Shown: one piece after another, positions 18,600 to 32,213 of the stretch | Layout of the letters: the number at the start of each line of letters is the position of its first letter | Numbering within the stretch: position 1 is the first letter of the stretch | Assembly (NCBI GenBank): GCA_035702425.1 | Contig: DASSQQ010000042.1 | Location: forward strand, 4,605-68,604 | DNA from: Gemmatimonadales bacterium | GTDB lineage: Bacteria; Gemmatimonadota; Gemmatimonadetes; Gemmatimonadales; GWC2-71-9 | Length of the DNA stretch: 64,000 nucleotides | Direction: 5' to 3' | Program-made: the position numbers and the translations under genes | The notes under the pieces: generated by a model | What the model saw: only the letters and a program-made list of their open reading frames with translations | Told to the model about the DNA's origin: nothing | The model's database searches: none

Positions 18600-19408
18600 G
18601 CGCCCCCGCGCTCTGGCGCTTCGAGACCGCCGGGCTCGCGCGGGCGCGGTCGGGACTGCTCTTCGCGCTGGTGTTCGCGACGGCGAGCGTGGCGGTGGCG
18701 CTGGTGGGCCTTTCCGCGGGCGGGGCCGTGGCGGTGCAGGGGTTCGCGCGGACCTCCGTCAGCCTGCTGCAGCTGGTGCTGTGGCTGGTGCCGCTCTTCG
18801 CGCTGATCGCGGGCGCGGTGGCCGGCGCCGACTGTCACGATCTCGAGTTCATCGCCGCGCTCCCCGTCTTCCGCCGCCACATCGTGCTGGCGCGCTGGGC
18901 CGCGTGGGCGGTGGCGCTGGGCGCGGCGCTCGCGGCCGGTCTCGGCGCGGCCGGCGTCGCGATCGGCCTCCTCGCGGGCGCGGCGGACGGCGTGCGCTAC
19001 CTCGCGCTGGTGGGCGTGTCGGAATTGCTCCTCTGCGCCCTGCTCGCCACCGGGATCGCCGCGGGAATCGCCGCGCGGACCCGGGCCCGCGCGCTGGGCG
19101 CCGCCGTCGCGCTCTGGCTCTTCTTCGTGGTGGGCGTGGATCTGATCGCGATGGGGCTCCTCGCCGTGCTGCCCGCCGCGGGCGGGCGGTGGGGCCTCTC
19201 GCTCCTGCTGCTCGCCGATCCCGTGGACTGCGCCCGCGCGCTCGGCCTCGGTCTCTTCCAGGCCGACGTGGTCGCGGGGCCTCTGGGCGCCGCCCTGCAC
19301 CAGGTGCTCGGCGGGTGGGGCGCGGCGCTGCTGGCCGGCGGCCTCGTCCTCTGGACGGTCCTCCCGCTCGCGCTCGCGGCGCGCTGGTTCGCGCGCCGGG
19401 ATCTTTAG
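18596..19408 (+). CDS. nosY: NosY, ABC-2-type permease
   Basis: Six-TM hydrophobic protein. The GTG start overlaps the nosF stop. Confidence 0.75.
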   Translation: MSAPALWRFETAGLARARSGLLFALVFATASVAVALVGLSAGGAVAVQGFARTSVSLLQLVLWLVPLFALIAGAVAGADCHDLEFIAALPVFRRHIVLARWAAWAVALGAALAAGLGAAGVAIGLLAGAADGVRYLALVGVSELLLCALLATGIAAGIAARTRARALGAAVALWLFFVVGVDLIAMGLLAVLPAAGGRWGLSLLLLADPVDCARALGLGLFQADVVAGPLGAALHQVLGGWGAALLAGGLVLWTVLPLALAARWFARRDL

Positions 19409-19430
19409 CCCGAGTTTCCGGGCTCTTTCA
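19407..19430 (+). terminator. candidate intrinsic terminator after nosY (AGCCCG-agtttc-CGGGCT + CTTTCA)
   Basis: Hairpin immediately after the nosY stop, followed by a short U-rich stretch. A second GC hairpin (GCGGCCC-gctg-GGGCCGC) sits at ~19466-19482. Confidence 0.35.
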
Positions 19431-19506
19431 AGCAACCTTCACCCTCGGGTGTGGATGTTTCCCTCGCGGCCCGCTGGGCCGCGACACTGCTTCTTGAGGG
19501 GGACAT

Positions 19507-20427
19507 ATGACTGCCAAACCCGTGATCGCCGGAGTGGACGGCTCGCCCGAATCGGTGCGCGCCGCCGCGCTCGCCTGCCGCCTCGCCGAAGCGCGGGGGG
19601 TGAAGTGCCTGCTGGTCCACGTGGTTCCGGACGTCTGGAGCGCCGCCAGTCTCACCGCGGTGCCCGCGTTCACGCCGGAGTTCGCCGAGGAGATGATCGA
19701 GGCCGCGCGCGCGCGGGTGGTGGGCGCGTTGCGCCGCGCGGTGCCCGCCGGCGCGGTGGAGGACCTGCGGATCCTCACCGGCCGTCCCGCGGCGCAGCTC
19801 GCCGAGTTCGCGCTGGAGCACGGGGCGCAGCTGATCGTGATCGGCGGGAAGCATCACGGGCTCGTCGCCCGGGGCCTGGGGCGAAGCACGGCGCACCACC
19901 TGGTGCGGCGGCTCGACGTCCCGGTGCTGGTGGTGGGCGACCACGCCGGCCCGATCCGCCGGGTGCTGGTGCCGGTGGACCTCTCGCCCGCCGCGGCGCC
20001 CACGCTCGCGGCGGCGGACCGTCTGGCCCGCGAGAACGAAGCGGTGCTTCGCGTCCTCCACGTGGTGGAGCCGATCCCCTTCTTCGACGGGATTCCCATC
20101 ACGGTGGATCAGCAGGACCTGTTCACCTTCTCGGCGCGGGATTTCGAGAAGCAGCTGGCCACGCTCGGGAAGGAGCGGCGTTGCGAGCGAGTGGTGCGGC
20201 GCGGGCCCGCGGCGGACGTGATCACCGAGGAGACGATCACCAGCAAGGCGGACGCGGTGGTGATGGGCTCGCACGGGAAGGGCTGGGTGGACCGGCTGCT
20301 GATCGGCAGTGTGACCGAAACCGTGCTCTCCGCGCTGCCGGCGTCGGTGCTGGTGGTGCCCACGTCCTCGGAAGCGCGGCGGCGTGCCGCGGCACCCAAA
20401 GCGAAGAAAGCGAAGGTGGAGGCATGA
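19507..20427 (+). CDS. tandem-domain universal stress protein (UspA x2)
   Basis: Two Usp domains, each ending in the G-x-2-G-x-9-G(S/T)-like ATP-binding motif (GSHGKGWVDRLLIGSVTE). Confidence 0.85.
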   Translation: MTAKPVIAGVDGSPESVRAAALACRLAEARGVKCLLVHVVPDVWSAASLTAVPAFTPEFAEEMIEAARARVVGALRRAVPAGAVEDLRILTGRPAAQLAEFALEHGAQLIVIGGKHHGLVARGLGRSTAHHLVRRLDVPVLVVGDHAGPIRRVLVPVDLSPAAAPTLAAADRLARENEAVLRVLHVVEPIPFFDGIPITVDQQDLFTFSARDFEKQLATLGKERRCERVVRRGPAADVITEETITSKADAVVMGSHGKGWVDRLLIGSVTETVLSALPASVLVVPTSSEARRRAAAPKAKKAKVEA

Positions 20428-20825
20428 AAGTCGCGGACCTGATGCGCACCGAGCTCAAGACCGTGGCGGCGGACGCCACGGTGGCCGACGCGGTGGACAT
20501 TCTCGCGGAGACCCAGCTCAGCGCCCTGCCGGTGCTGGACCGTTTCGGACGGGCGGTGGGGATCGTCTCCACCCGCGAGATTCTCGCGGCCGAGCACAAA
20601 TGCGGCTCGCCGGAAGCCCGGGAGCGGCTCTTCGAGGAGCGGCTGGTACTCGAGATCATGGCGCCCTGGCCGCCGACGATCGGGCCCGAGGCGGAAGCGC
20701 GGGAAGCGGCGCGGGAGATGCTCTACCTCGACACCCAGCGGCTCTTCGTGGAGGACGACGGGGCGCTGGTGGGCGTGATCTCGCAGACCGACATCGTCAC
20801 CGCGGTGGCGACGGCGAAGCTGTAG
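20424..20825 (+). CDS. CBS-domain pair protein
   Basis: Two CBS motifs. ATGA overlap with the upstream usp gene. Confidence 0.75.
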   Translation: MKVADLMRTELKTVAADATVADAVDILAETQLSALPVLDRFGRAVGIVSTREILAAEHKCGSPEARERLFEERLVLEIMAPWPPTIGPEAEAREAAREMLYLDTQRLFVEDDGALVGVISQTDIVTAVATAKL

Positions 20826-20828
20826 GAA

Positions 20829-21587
20829 TTACCGCAGCGGAATCGTCAGCAGCGCGCGGCCCGGCAGCGCGAGGAGCCGGGGCGCGATCCGCGCCGCCAG
20901 CCCGTGGGCGTGGCCGTGATCCTGGCCCAGCACGATGAGGTCGAGTGCATCCTCTTCCGCGGCCACCAGGATCTCGGTCGCCGGGTCGCCTTGGCGAACC
21001 ACGACGTCGCAGGGCGCAACCGCCGTGTTGCCGCCACGGTCGCCGCCCTCCCAGGCGCTCGCGACCGCGGCCGCCACCTGCTCCGCGTCGTGGCGGGTCC
21101 GGCGCCGCGACCAGCTCATCTCCGGCGCGCCGGGCTCGACGTGCAGGGCCACCGCTTCCGCTCCGTACACCCGGCCCACGGCGAACGCGCCCTGCAGCAC
21201 GTCGCTCGCGTCCGGTGACGCGTCCACCGCCGCGGCGACGAGCCGCGGCCGGTGGGTGCCGGGCGTGACCACGAGGCAGGGCACCCGCGCGCGGCGCAGG
21301 GTGCCGTCGATGGCGGGGCGCAGCGGCCCCGCGTCGTGCCCCAGCACGATGAGGTCGGCGTGCTCCATCTCCGCCCAGCGCGCGATTTCGACCGAGGGCA
21401 CGCCGAACCGGACCGCGTGGCGGTGGCCGGCGAGGGCCTTGGGTTCGGCCTTGTCCCACGGGTCGGAGAGGATGGTGAGCGCGGTGAACCCGCCGCCCGA
21501 GGCGGCCGCGAGCTCGGCACCGGCCTCGAGCGCCGCGAGTCCCCCCGGCGTGTCCCGCACCGCCGCGACGATTTTTTGCAGGCGCAT
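20829..21587 (-). CDS. tandem-domain universal stress protein (UspA x2)
   Basis: Start taken at MRLQKIVAAV. Two Usp domains (…LIVLGHDAGP…, …LIVLGQDHGHAHG…). Confidence 0.8.
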   Translation of the reverse strand: MRLQKIVAAVRDTPGGLAALEAGAELAAASGGGFTALTILSDPWDKAEPKALAGHRHAVRFGVPSVEIARWAEMEHADLIVLGHDAGPLRPAIDGTLRRARVPCLVVTPGTHRPRLVAAAVDASPDASDVLQGAFAVGRVYGAEAVALHVEPGAPEMSWSRRRTRHDAEQVAAAVASAWEGGDRGGNTAVAPCDVVVRQGDPATEILVAAEEDALDLIVLGQDHGHAHGLAARIAPRLLALPGRALLTIPLR

Positions 21588-21695
21588 ATCATCCCCCTTT
21601 TCTGCGCCGGAATGTGCGGGCGGTCTCCTAAAGCGACCTTGAAACCCGGGTGAGAGTAGCCCCTCCCGGGGGCCCGCCATAGCTTCCCACCACCC

Positions 21696-22982
21696 ATGGA
21701 CCCGTCGCGCCCGTCACCCGATCCCCGGCCCGGGAAGGGGTCCGAACCCGCCGAAACGTCACGGGTCCGAGGCCGGTTCGAGCGTCTGGTGCAGGCGGGG
21801 GTGGAGATCTTCTCCCGGGTCTCGCTCACCGAGGTCTTGCAGACGGTGGTGGACACGGCGCGCGAAGTGGTGGGCGCCCGCTACGCCGCGCTGGGCGTGC
21901 TCGACGAGCGGGGCGAGTCGCTCGACGCCTTCGTCACCTCGGGGATGTCGCCGGAGGAGCACGACCGGATCGGCGCGCTCCCCCGCGGCCACGGCCTCCT
22001 GGGACTCGTGATCCGGGAGCAGCGCGCGATCCGCACCCCGGACATCATGAGCCATCCCTCGCGCTCCGGGTTTCCGGCCCACCATCCGCCGATGCACTCC
22101 TTCCTGGGCGTGCCGATCGTCGCCCGCGGGAAAGTCTTCGGGAATCTCTATCTGACCGAGAAGATCGGCGCCGACGCCTTCGACGCCGAGGACGAGGCGA
22201 TCGCGGAGCTGCTCGCCGGACACGCGGCGGTGGCGGTCGAGAACGCGCGGCTCCACGACGCGAGCGGGCGGCTCCTGGAGCAGGTGCAGGGGATGCAGCG
22301 CCAGCGCGATCTCTTCTTCGCGATGATGAACCACGAGCTGCGCAACGCGCTCACCGGCGTGTACGGCTGGGCGGAGCGGCTGGTGCGCGGGAAGTCGCAG
22401 ACGCCGGAGGCGCTGACCCGCGCGGGACGGGAGGTGTTCGAAGCCGCGGAGCGCACCATCACCCTCCTCAACAACTTCCTGGACCTGAGCCGTCTGGACG
22501 CGGGGAAAGTACGGCCGGTGTGGCGCGACGTGGACGTGCGCGCGGTCGCCGAGCGCGCGCTCGCCGGGATGCGTCCCGCCGCGGAGGCGCGCCGGGTCGC
22601 GATCGACGAGCATTACCCGGACCCGCTCCCCGCCCTGAGGACCGATCCGGTCCGCCTGGAGCAGATCCTCGTCAACCTGCTCTCCAACGCGATCCGCCAC
22701 ACCGCGGAGGGGACCAGCGTGATCCTCCGGATCGACCGTGCGGCGTCCGGCATCGCGTTCCGGGTGCGCGATCACGGCCCGGGGGTTCCGCCCGAGCTGC
22801 GCACCCGGGTGTTCGAGCCCTTCGAACGTTTCGATCCGCATTCCGGGATCGGCACCGGGCTGGGGCTCCCGGTGTCGGGGCGTCTGGCCGACGTGCTGGG
22901 GGGCAGTCTGGCCGTGGAGGACGTCGCGGGACCCGGCGCCACCTTCCTCTTGATCCTGCCGGCCGCGCCCACCGAGAAATGA
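21696..22982 (+). CDS. GAF-domain sensor histidine kinase
   Basis: N-terminal GAF domain, then an H-box (MNHELRNALTG), an N-box (LLSNAIRHT) and G-boxes (DHGPGVP, GTGLGL). Confidence 0.8.
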   Translation: MDPSRPSPDPRPGKGSEPAETSRVRGRFERLVQAGVEIFSRVSLTEVLQTVVDTAREVVGARYAALGVLDERGESLDAFVTSGMSPEEHDRIGALPRGHGLLGLVIREQRAIRTPDIMSHPSRSGFPAHHPPMHSFLGVPIVARGKVFGNLYLTEKIGADAFDAEDEAIAELLAGHAAVAVENARLHDASGRLLEQVQGMQRQRDLFFAMMNHELRNALTGVYGWAERLVRGKSQTPEALTRAGREVFEAAERTITLLNNFLDLSRLDAGKVRPVWRDVDVRAVAERALAGMRPAAEARRVAIDEHYPDPLPALRTDPVRLEQILVNLLSNAIRHTAEGTSVILRIDRAASGIAFRVRDHGPGVPPELRTRVFEPFERFDPHSGIGTGLGLPVSGRLADVLGGSLAVEDVAGPGATFLLILPAAPTEK

Positions 22983-23039
22983 AGCATTCTTCATACGGCC
23001 TTTAGAATGCGTTCAGCGCGTGGTTTCTAGTCTATCCCC

Positions 23040-23732
<693 letters not shown>

Positions 23733-24755
23733 GCCGGGCGCTGCACCGCACGCTCGCGGTGCGCTTCGCGCTCACCATGGGTGTGGGACTGAGCGGCGCG
23801 GCCATCGCGCTCTCGATCGACAACGTGCTGCTGCGCCCCTTCCTGCTGGGCTTCATCGTCGTCATCGGGACGTTCGCGACCTTCGTGGGCGCGTGGCGCC
23901 TGGCCCGCTCCGCGGTGCGGCCGGTGGAGGAGATCACGGCCCAGGCGACGCGGATCGAAGCGGGGACCCTGGACCAGCGTCTGGTGGCCGAGTCCGAGAC
24001 CGACGAGTACCGCGGCCTGGTGGCGGTCCTGAACCGGATGCTGGAGCGGATCGACAGCGCTTTTCGCGCGCAGCGGCGCCTCACCGCCTCGGTGAGCCAC
24101 GAATTCCGCACGCCGCTCACCGCGATGCAGGGAGAGATGGAGGTCGCGCTGCGGGCGGAGCGGACCCCGCGCGAGTATCAGCGCGTCCTGCGCAGCGTGC
24201 TCGAGGAAACCGAGCGGCTCTCGCACATGTGCGAGGACCTGCTCTGGCTCACCCGCGCCGAGTCCCGGCTGATCACGGCGCGGCCCGCGCTCACCGACCT
24301 GAACGTGCTGGTGCGGGACCTGGTGGAGCGGTACCACCCGCGGTTCGCGGCCAAGGGCTTCGAGGTCCGCGCCCAGGTCGCCGCCCCGCGCCTCCAGGTG
24401 GACGCCGCCCTGGTCACCAAGCTCCTCGAGGAGCTGCTGGACAACGCTCTCGAACACACGCCGCCCGGCGGCTCCATCGAGGTGGGCGCCGCCGAGGAAC
24501 CGTTCGGCGTGCGGATGTGGGTGGAAGATTCGGGATCGGGGATCGCCCCGGTGGACCTGCCGCACATCTTCGAGCCCTTCTACCGCGCGGACCCCGCGCG
24601 GAGCCGGGGCTCGGGCGCGGGGCTCGGCCTCTCGGTGGCGCTGGCGATCGCCCGGATGCACGGCGGCGGCATCCTGGCGGGGAACGGCGCCGAGGGCGGC
24701 GCCCGGTTCGAAGTCGAGCTGCCCCGTCAGTCCCCGATGCCGGAGGTCGCTCGGC

Positions 24756-26654
<1,899 letters not shown>

Positions 26655-26684
26655 CCTTCCGGTTGGACCCCGGAGGAGGCCATC

Positions 26685-27197
26685 ATGACGCCGACGACGC
26701 TGGTGGTGGGGCTGGGCGATCCGGCCCGGGCCGACGACGCGCTGGGCCCGCTCGCGCTCGCCGCGCTCTCCCGCGCGGGACGGACCAACGCCGGAGTCGC
26801 CTGGCTCGACACGCCGGCGCTCACCGCGCGCGACCTCCCGGTGCTGGGCGCGGTGCGCCGGGTCCTGGTGCTCACCACCGTGCACGTCGGCGGCCGGCCG
26901 GGAGCGGTGCACCGGCTTACGTGGCAGGGCGAGGGGCCGGGGCTCGCGCCGCGGCTCCCGCTGCTCCGCGCTCACGGCGTCGAGCTGCTGCGGACCCTTC
27001 ATTATTGGGTGGACCCGCCGCCCGAGCTCGTCCTCCTGGGCGTCGAGACCGGCTCGCCGGCGGAGGATGGACCGCCGCATCCGGCAGTGGGGCGGGCGCT
27101 CCCCGCGCTCGTCGCCGCGGCGATGCATCAGCTGCGCGAGTGGGGACACGAGCTGGCGCTCCATCCCCGCCCTTCGATCCGCTCCACTCTCCCCTGA
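26685..27197 (+). CDS. hydrogenase-maturation-protease-like protein (HycI/HybD peptidase A31 family), orphan
   Basis: LVVGLGDPARADDALGP, a conserved Asp, VLVLTTVHVGGRPGAVHRL and HGVELLRTL match the layout of the HycI/HyaD family. Confidence 0.5.
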   Translation: MTPTTLVVGLGDPARADDALGPLALAALSRAGRTNAGVAWLDTPALTARDLPVLGAVRRVLVLTTVHVGGRPGAVHRLTWQGEGPGLAPRLPLLRAHGVELLRTLHYWVDPPPELVLLGVETGSPAEDGPPHPAVGRALPALVAAAMHQLREWGHELALHPRPSIRSTLP

Positions 27198-27253
27198 AGA
27201 CCGTCTCACCGCGTTTTCAACGCGGCCTCGCGGGGCTCGAATCGCGCTGCGCG

Positions 27254-27616
27254 TCAGAGCCGGCGGGCGAGATAGGCCTTGAGCAGAAGCGCGTGGTTGC
27301 GTTTCACGTCCCGCGAACCGAAGAGCAACGTCACCACGCCGCGGCGTGCGGCGGCGAGGAGCGGGCGCCAGCTCTCGGGCCGGGCGTCGAGCTCCGCGCG
27401 GTAGCGCTTCCGGAACTCGGCCCACTTCCCGGTATCCTTGTGGAACCAGACCCGGAGCGCGGTGGAGGGCGCCACGTCCTTCTGCCAGAGATCGAGCTTG
27501 AGCCTGGCGCGGGTGAGCCCGCGGGGCCAGAGCCGGTCCACCAGGATGCGGACGCCGTCAGACCTGGCGGGCGCCTGGTACGCGCGCTTGACGCGAATCC
27601 GGTCCCGGCCCGCCAT
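27254..27616 (-). CDS. DUF488 (YeaO-like) family protein
   Basis: IRVKRAYQAP…GVRILVDRLWPRG…W…D-APS…LR-WFH-D—KW-EFR-RY is the DUF488 signature layout. Confidence 0.75.
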   Translation of the reverse strand: MAGRDRIRVKRAYQAPARSDGVRILVDRLWPRGLTRARLKLDLWQKDVAPSTALRVWFHKDTGKWAEFRKRYRAELDARPESWRPLLAAARRGVVTLLFGSRDVKRNHALLLKAYLARRL

Positions 27617-27628
27617 TCCCGCTCGGCG

Positions 27629-30399
<2,771 letters not shown>

Positions 30400-30403
<4 letters not shown>

Positions 30404-30771
30404 TCCGCCGCTTTCACTTCGGTCACGAAATATTCGGTCTCGCCGAAGCAGGAGGTGGGGACGCCCTTGTGCTGGTGGTAGGTGAGCGCCACCCGTTTGC
30501 CCATCGAGGCGCTGACCAGGGCGGCGGCGGAATCGTCGCGCACCGTGAAGTAGAACGTCTCCGGCATGGCGCCGGGGAGGTTCACCATCGCGAGCTCGCC
30601 TTCCCAGGTCTTGCAGAGGAATCCCTTGCGCGAAAACTTCTGCACGTACCCCACCCGCTGGCCCACTGAATAACTCCAGGTGAGCGCGGACCAGGTGTAG
30701 AGACAGAACGCGAGGACCGGCGCGGCGATGACGCCTGCGATGATGAGCTTGGCTTTGCGGGAGAGGGTCAC
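30400..30771 (-). CDS. small N-terminally anchored membrane protein, translationally coupled to acnA
   Basis: 123 aa with one TM (LIIAGVIAAPVLAFCLY). Its stop overlaps the acnA ATG (ATGA). Confidence 0.5.
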
Positions 30772-30782
30772 GGGGGGAAGCT

Positions 30783-30863
30783 AATTGCGGATTGTTGATT
30801 GCGGAATGCGGATTGTCTACCTCCTGGCAGAATCCGCAATCCCCAAGCCGCCATCCGCAATTC
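30783..30863. repeat. ~80-bp imperfect palindromic element built from GCGGATT / AATCCGC heptamer units (copy A)
   Basis: AATTGCGGATTG…ATTGCGGAATGCGGATTG-(15 nt)-AATCCGCAATCC…CATCCGCAATT. It is intergenic between the GNAT stop and the small membrane protein. It shares 12-mers GAATGCGGATTG and AATCCGCAATCC with copy B at 58552-58627. Confidence 0.75.
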
Positions 30864-31362
30864 ACTCTACGTCATACTCCTCCTTCTTGTACTCGACGAA
30901 CCCCCGCGCCTTGTAGTTGGGGAGCGCGTGGGGATGGTCGAGCGTGCAGGTGTGGAGCCAGACCCGCGACGGCGCGAGGGCCCAGGCGTCCCGCACCGCG
31001 CAGGAGAGCAGGTGCTTGCCCAGCCCCTTGCCGATCGAGCCCGGCGCGAGCCCGAAGTACGCCACTTCCACCGAATCGTCCGAAGAGATCCGCTTCAGCT
31101 CGTACCAGCCCGCGAGCGCGCCGTTCACTTCCGCCACGTAGAGCGTGATCGCGGGGTCGGCCAGGTGGGTGCGGATCTGGTCGTCGGTCCAGTCCCAGCG
31201 GTCCCGCCAGTGGTAGGCTTCGCCCACGGTGCGGTAGAGCCGCCGGTAGAGGGCGGGCCCCGGCTCTTCTACGCGGGCCACGCGGAATCCCGGGACCTCC
31301 CGGAACGCCGGTACGAAACGGCCGGGATCGGCCAGCTCGAGGTAGGTGCGGGTCACGCGCAT
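30862..31362 (-). CDS. GNAT-family N-acetyltransferase
   Basis: 166 aa. Acetyl-CoA-binding region LAPGSIGKGLGKHLL. Confidence 0.7.
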   Translation of the reverse strand: MRVTRTYLELADPGRFVPAFREVPGFRVARVEEPGPALYRRLYRTVGEAYHWRDRWDWTDDQIRTHLADPAITLYVAEVNGALAGWYELKRISSDDSVEVAYFGLAPGSIGKGLGKHLLSCAVRDAWALAPSRVWLHTCTLDHPHALPNYKARGFVEYKKEEYDVE

Positions 31363-31382
31363 GGGCCACTATATTTTAAGCC

Positions 31383-31739
31383 ATGAACACCGACCGCATG
31401 AGCACCGTGCCCCTTCCCCTCGCCCTCCACCTCGCGTCCTACACGGTGGTGGGGCTCTTCTGCGCCTTCGCCGGCGCGCTGAACCTGATCGACCCCGGCC
31501 ACATCCTGCGCCTCGGCCTGCCCCTGCTCCTGGTGGCCGGGTTCAGCTGGGGCTACGTGTTCGGGATTCTGATGGGACGCAAGGAAGTGATCGGGCTCGG
31601 CATTCTGGCCGGCGTGGCCTACACCGCGGCCGGAGTATGGAAGTTCCAGGCCGACTGGCGGCTCGGCGCGCTGCTGCTGTTTCTCGGTCTGTGGGGCCTG
31701 GGCGCGGTGATGGCGTACCGGAAGTGGATCGTCGCGTAG
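31383..31739 (+). CDS. hypothetical 4-TM membrane protein
   Basis: 118-aa hydrophobic protein with good codon bias. Confidence 0.45.
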   Translation: MNTDRMSTVPLPLALHLASYTVVGLFCAFAGALNLIDPGHILRLGLPLLLVAGFSWGYVFGILMGRKEVIGLGILAGVAYTAAGVWKFQADWRLGALLLFLGLWGLGAVMAYRKWIVA

Positions 31740-31777
31740 CTTCGACCGGCCGCGCCCGGCGCTAAGGCGGCGGCGCT

Positions 31778-32206
31778 ATGTACCACCATACCCAGTCCGG
31801 CCCGCGGACCGTCCTCGCCCTCGTCGTGGGCGCCGTCATCATCGCCTTCCTTCCCGCGCCGGTCCCGCTTCCGATCCGCGTCCTCGTCCCGGTGGCGCTC
31901 GCCGGCGCCGCCTACGCGTTCGCCTCCCTCACCACCGAAGTGGACCAGTCGCGGTTCACCTTCTGGTTCGGGCCCGGCGTGTGGCGGCGTTCGTTTCTCC
32001 TGGCCGAGATCCGCTCGGTCCGCCCGGTGCCGAACCCCTGGTGGCAGGGGCGCGGCATCCACTGGACGGGGAGCGGCTGGAATTACAGCGTGGCGGGCCG
32101 GGAGGCGGTGGAGTTCATCTTGACCAACGGGTCGCGCTTCCGGGTGGGAACCGACGAGCCGGAGACTCTCTGCCGCATGATCACCCAGCTCAAGGGGAGC
32201 GGGTAG
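31778..32206 (+). CDS. hypothetical membrane-anchored protein
   Basis: 142 aa with two N-terminal TM segments. Confidence 0.45.
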   Translation: MYHHTQSGPRTVLALVVGAVIIAFLPAPVPLPIRVLVPVALAGAAYAFASLTTEVDQSRFTFWFGPGVWRRSFLLAEIRSVRPVPNPWWQGRGIHWTGSGWNYSVAGREAVEFILTNGSRFRVGTDEPETLCRMITQLKGSG

Positions 32207-32213
32207 CGCGCAC

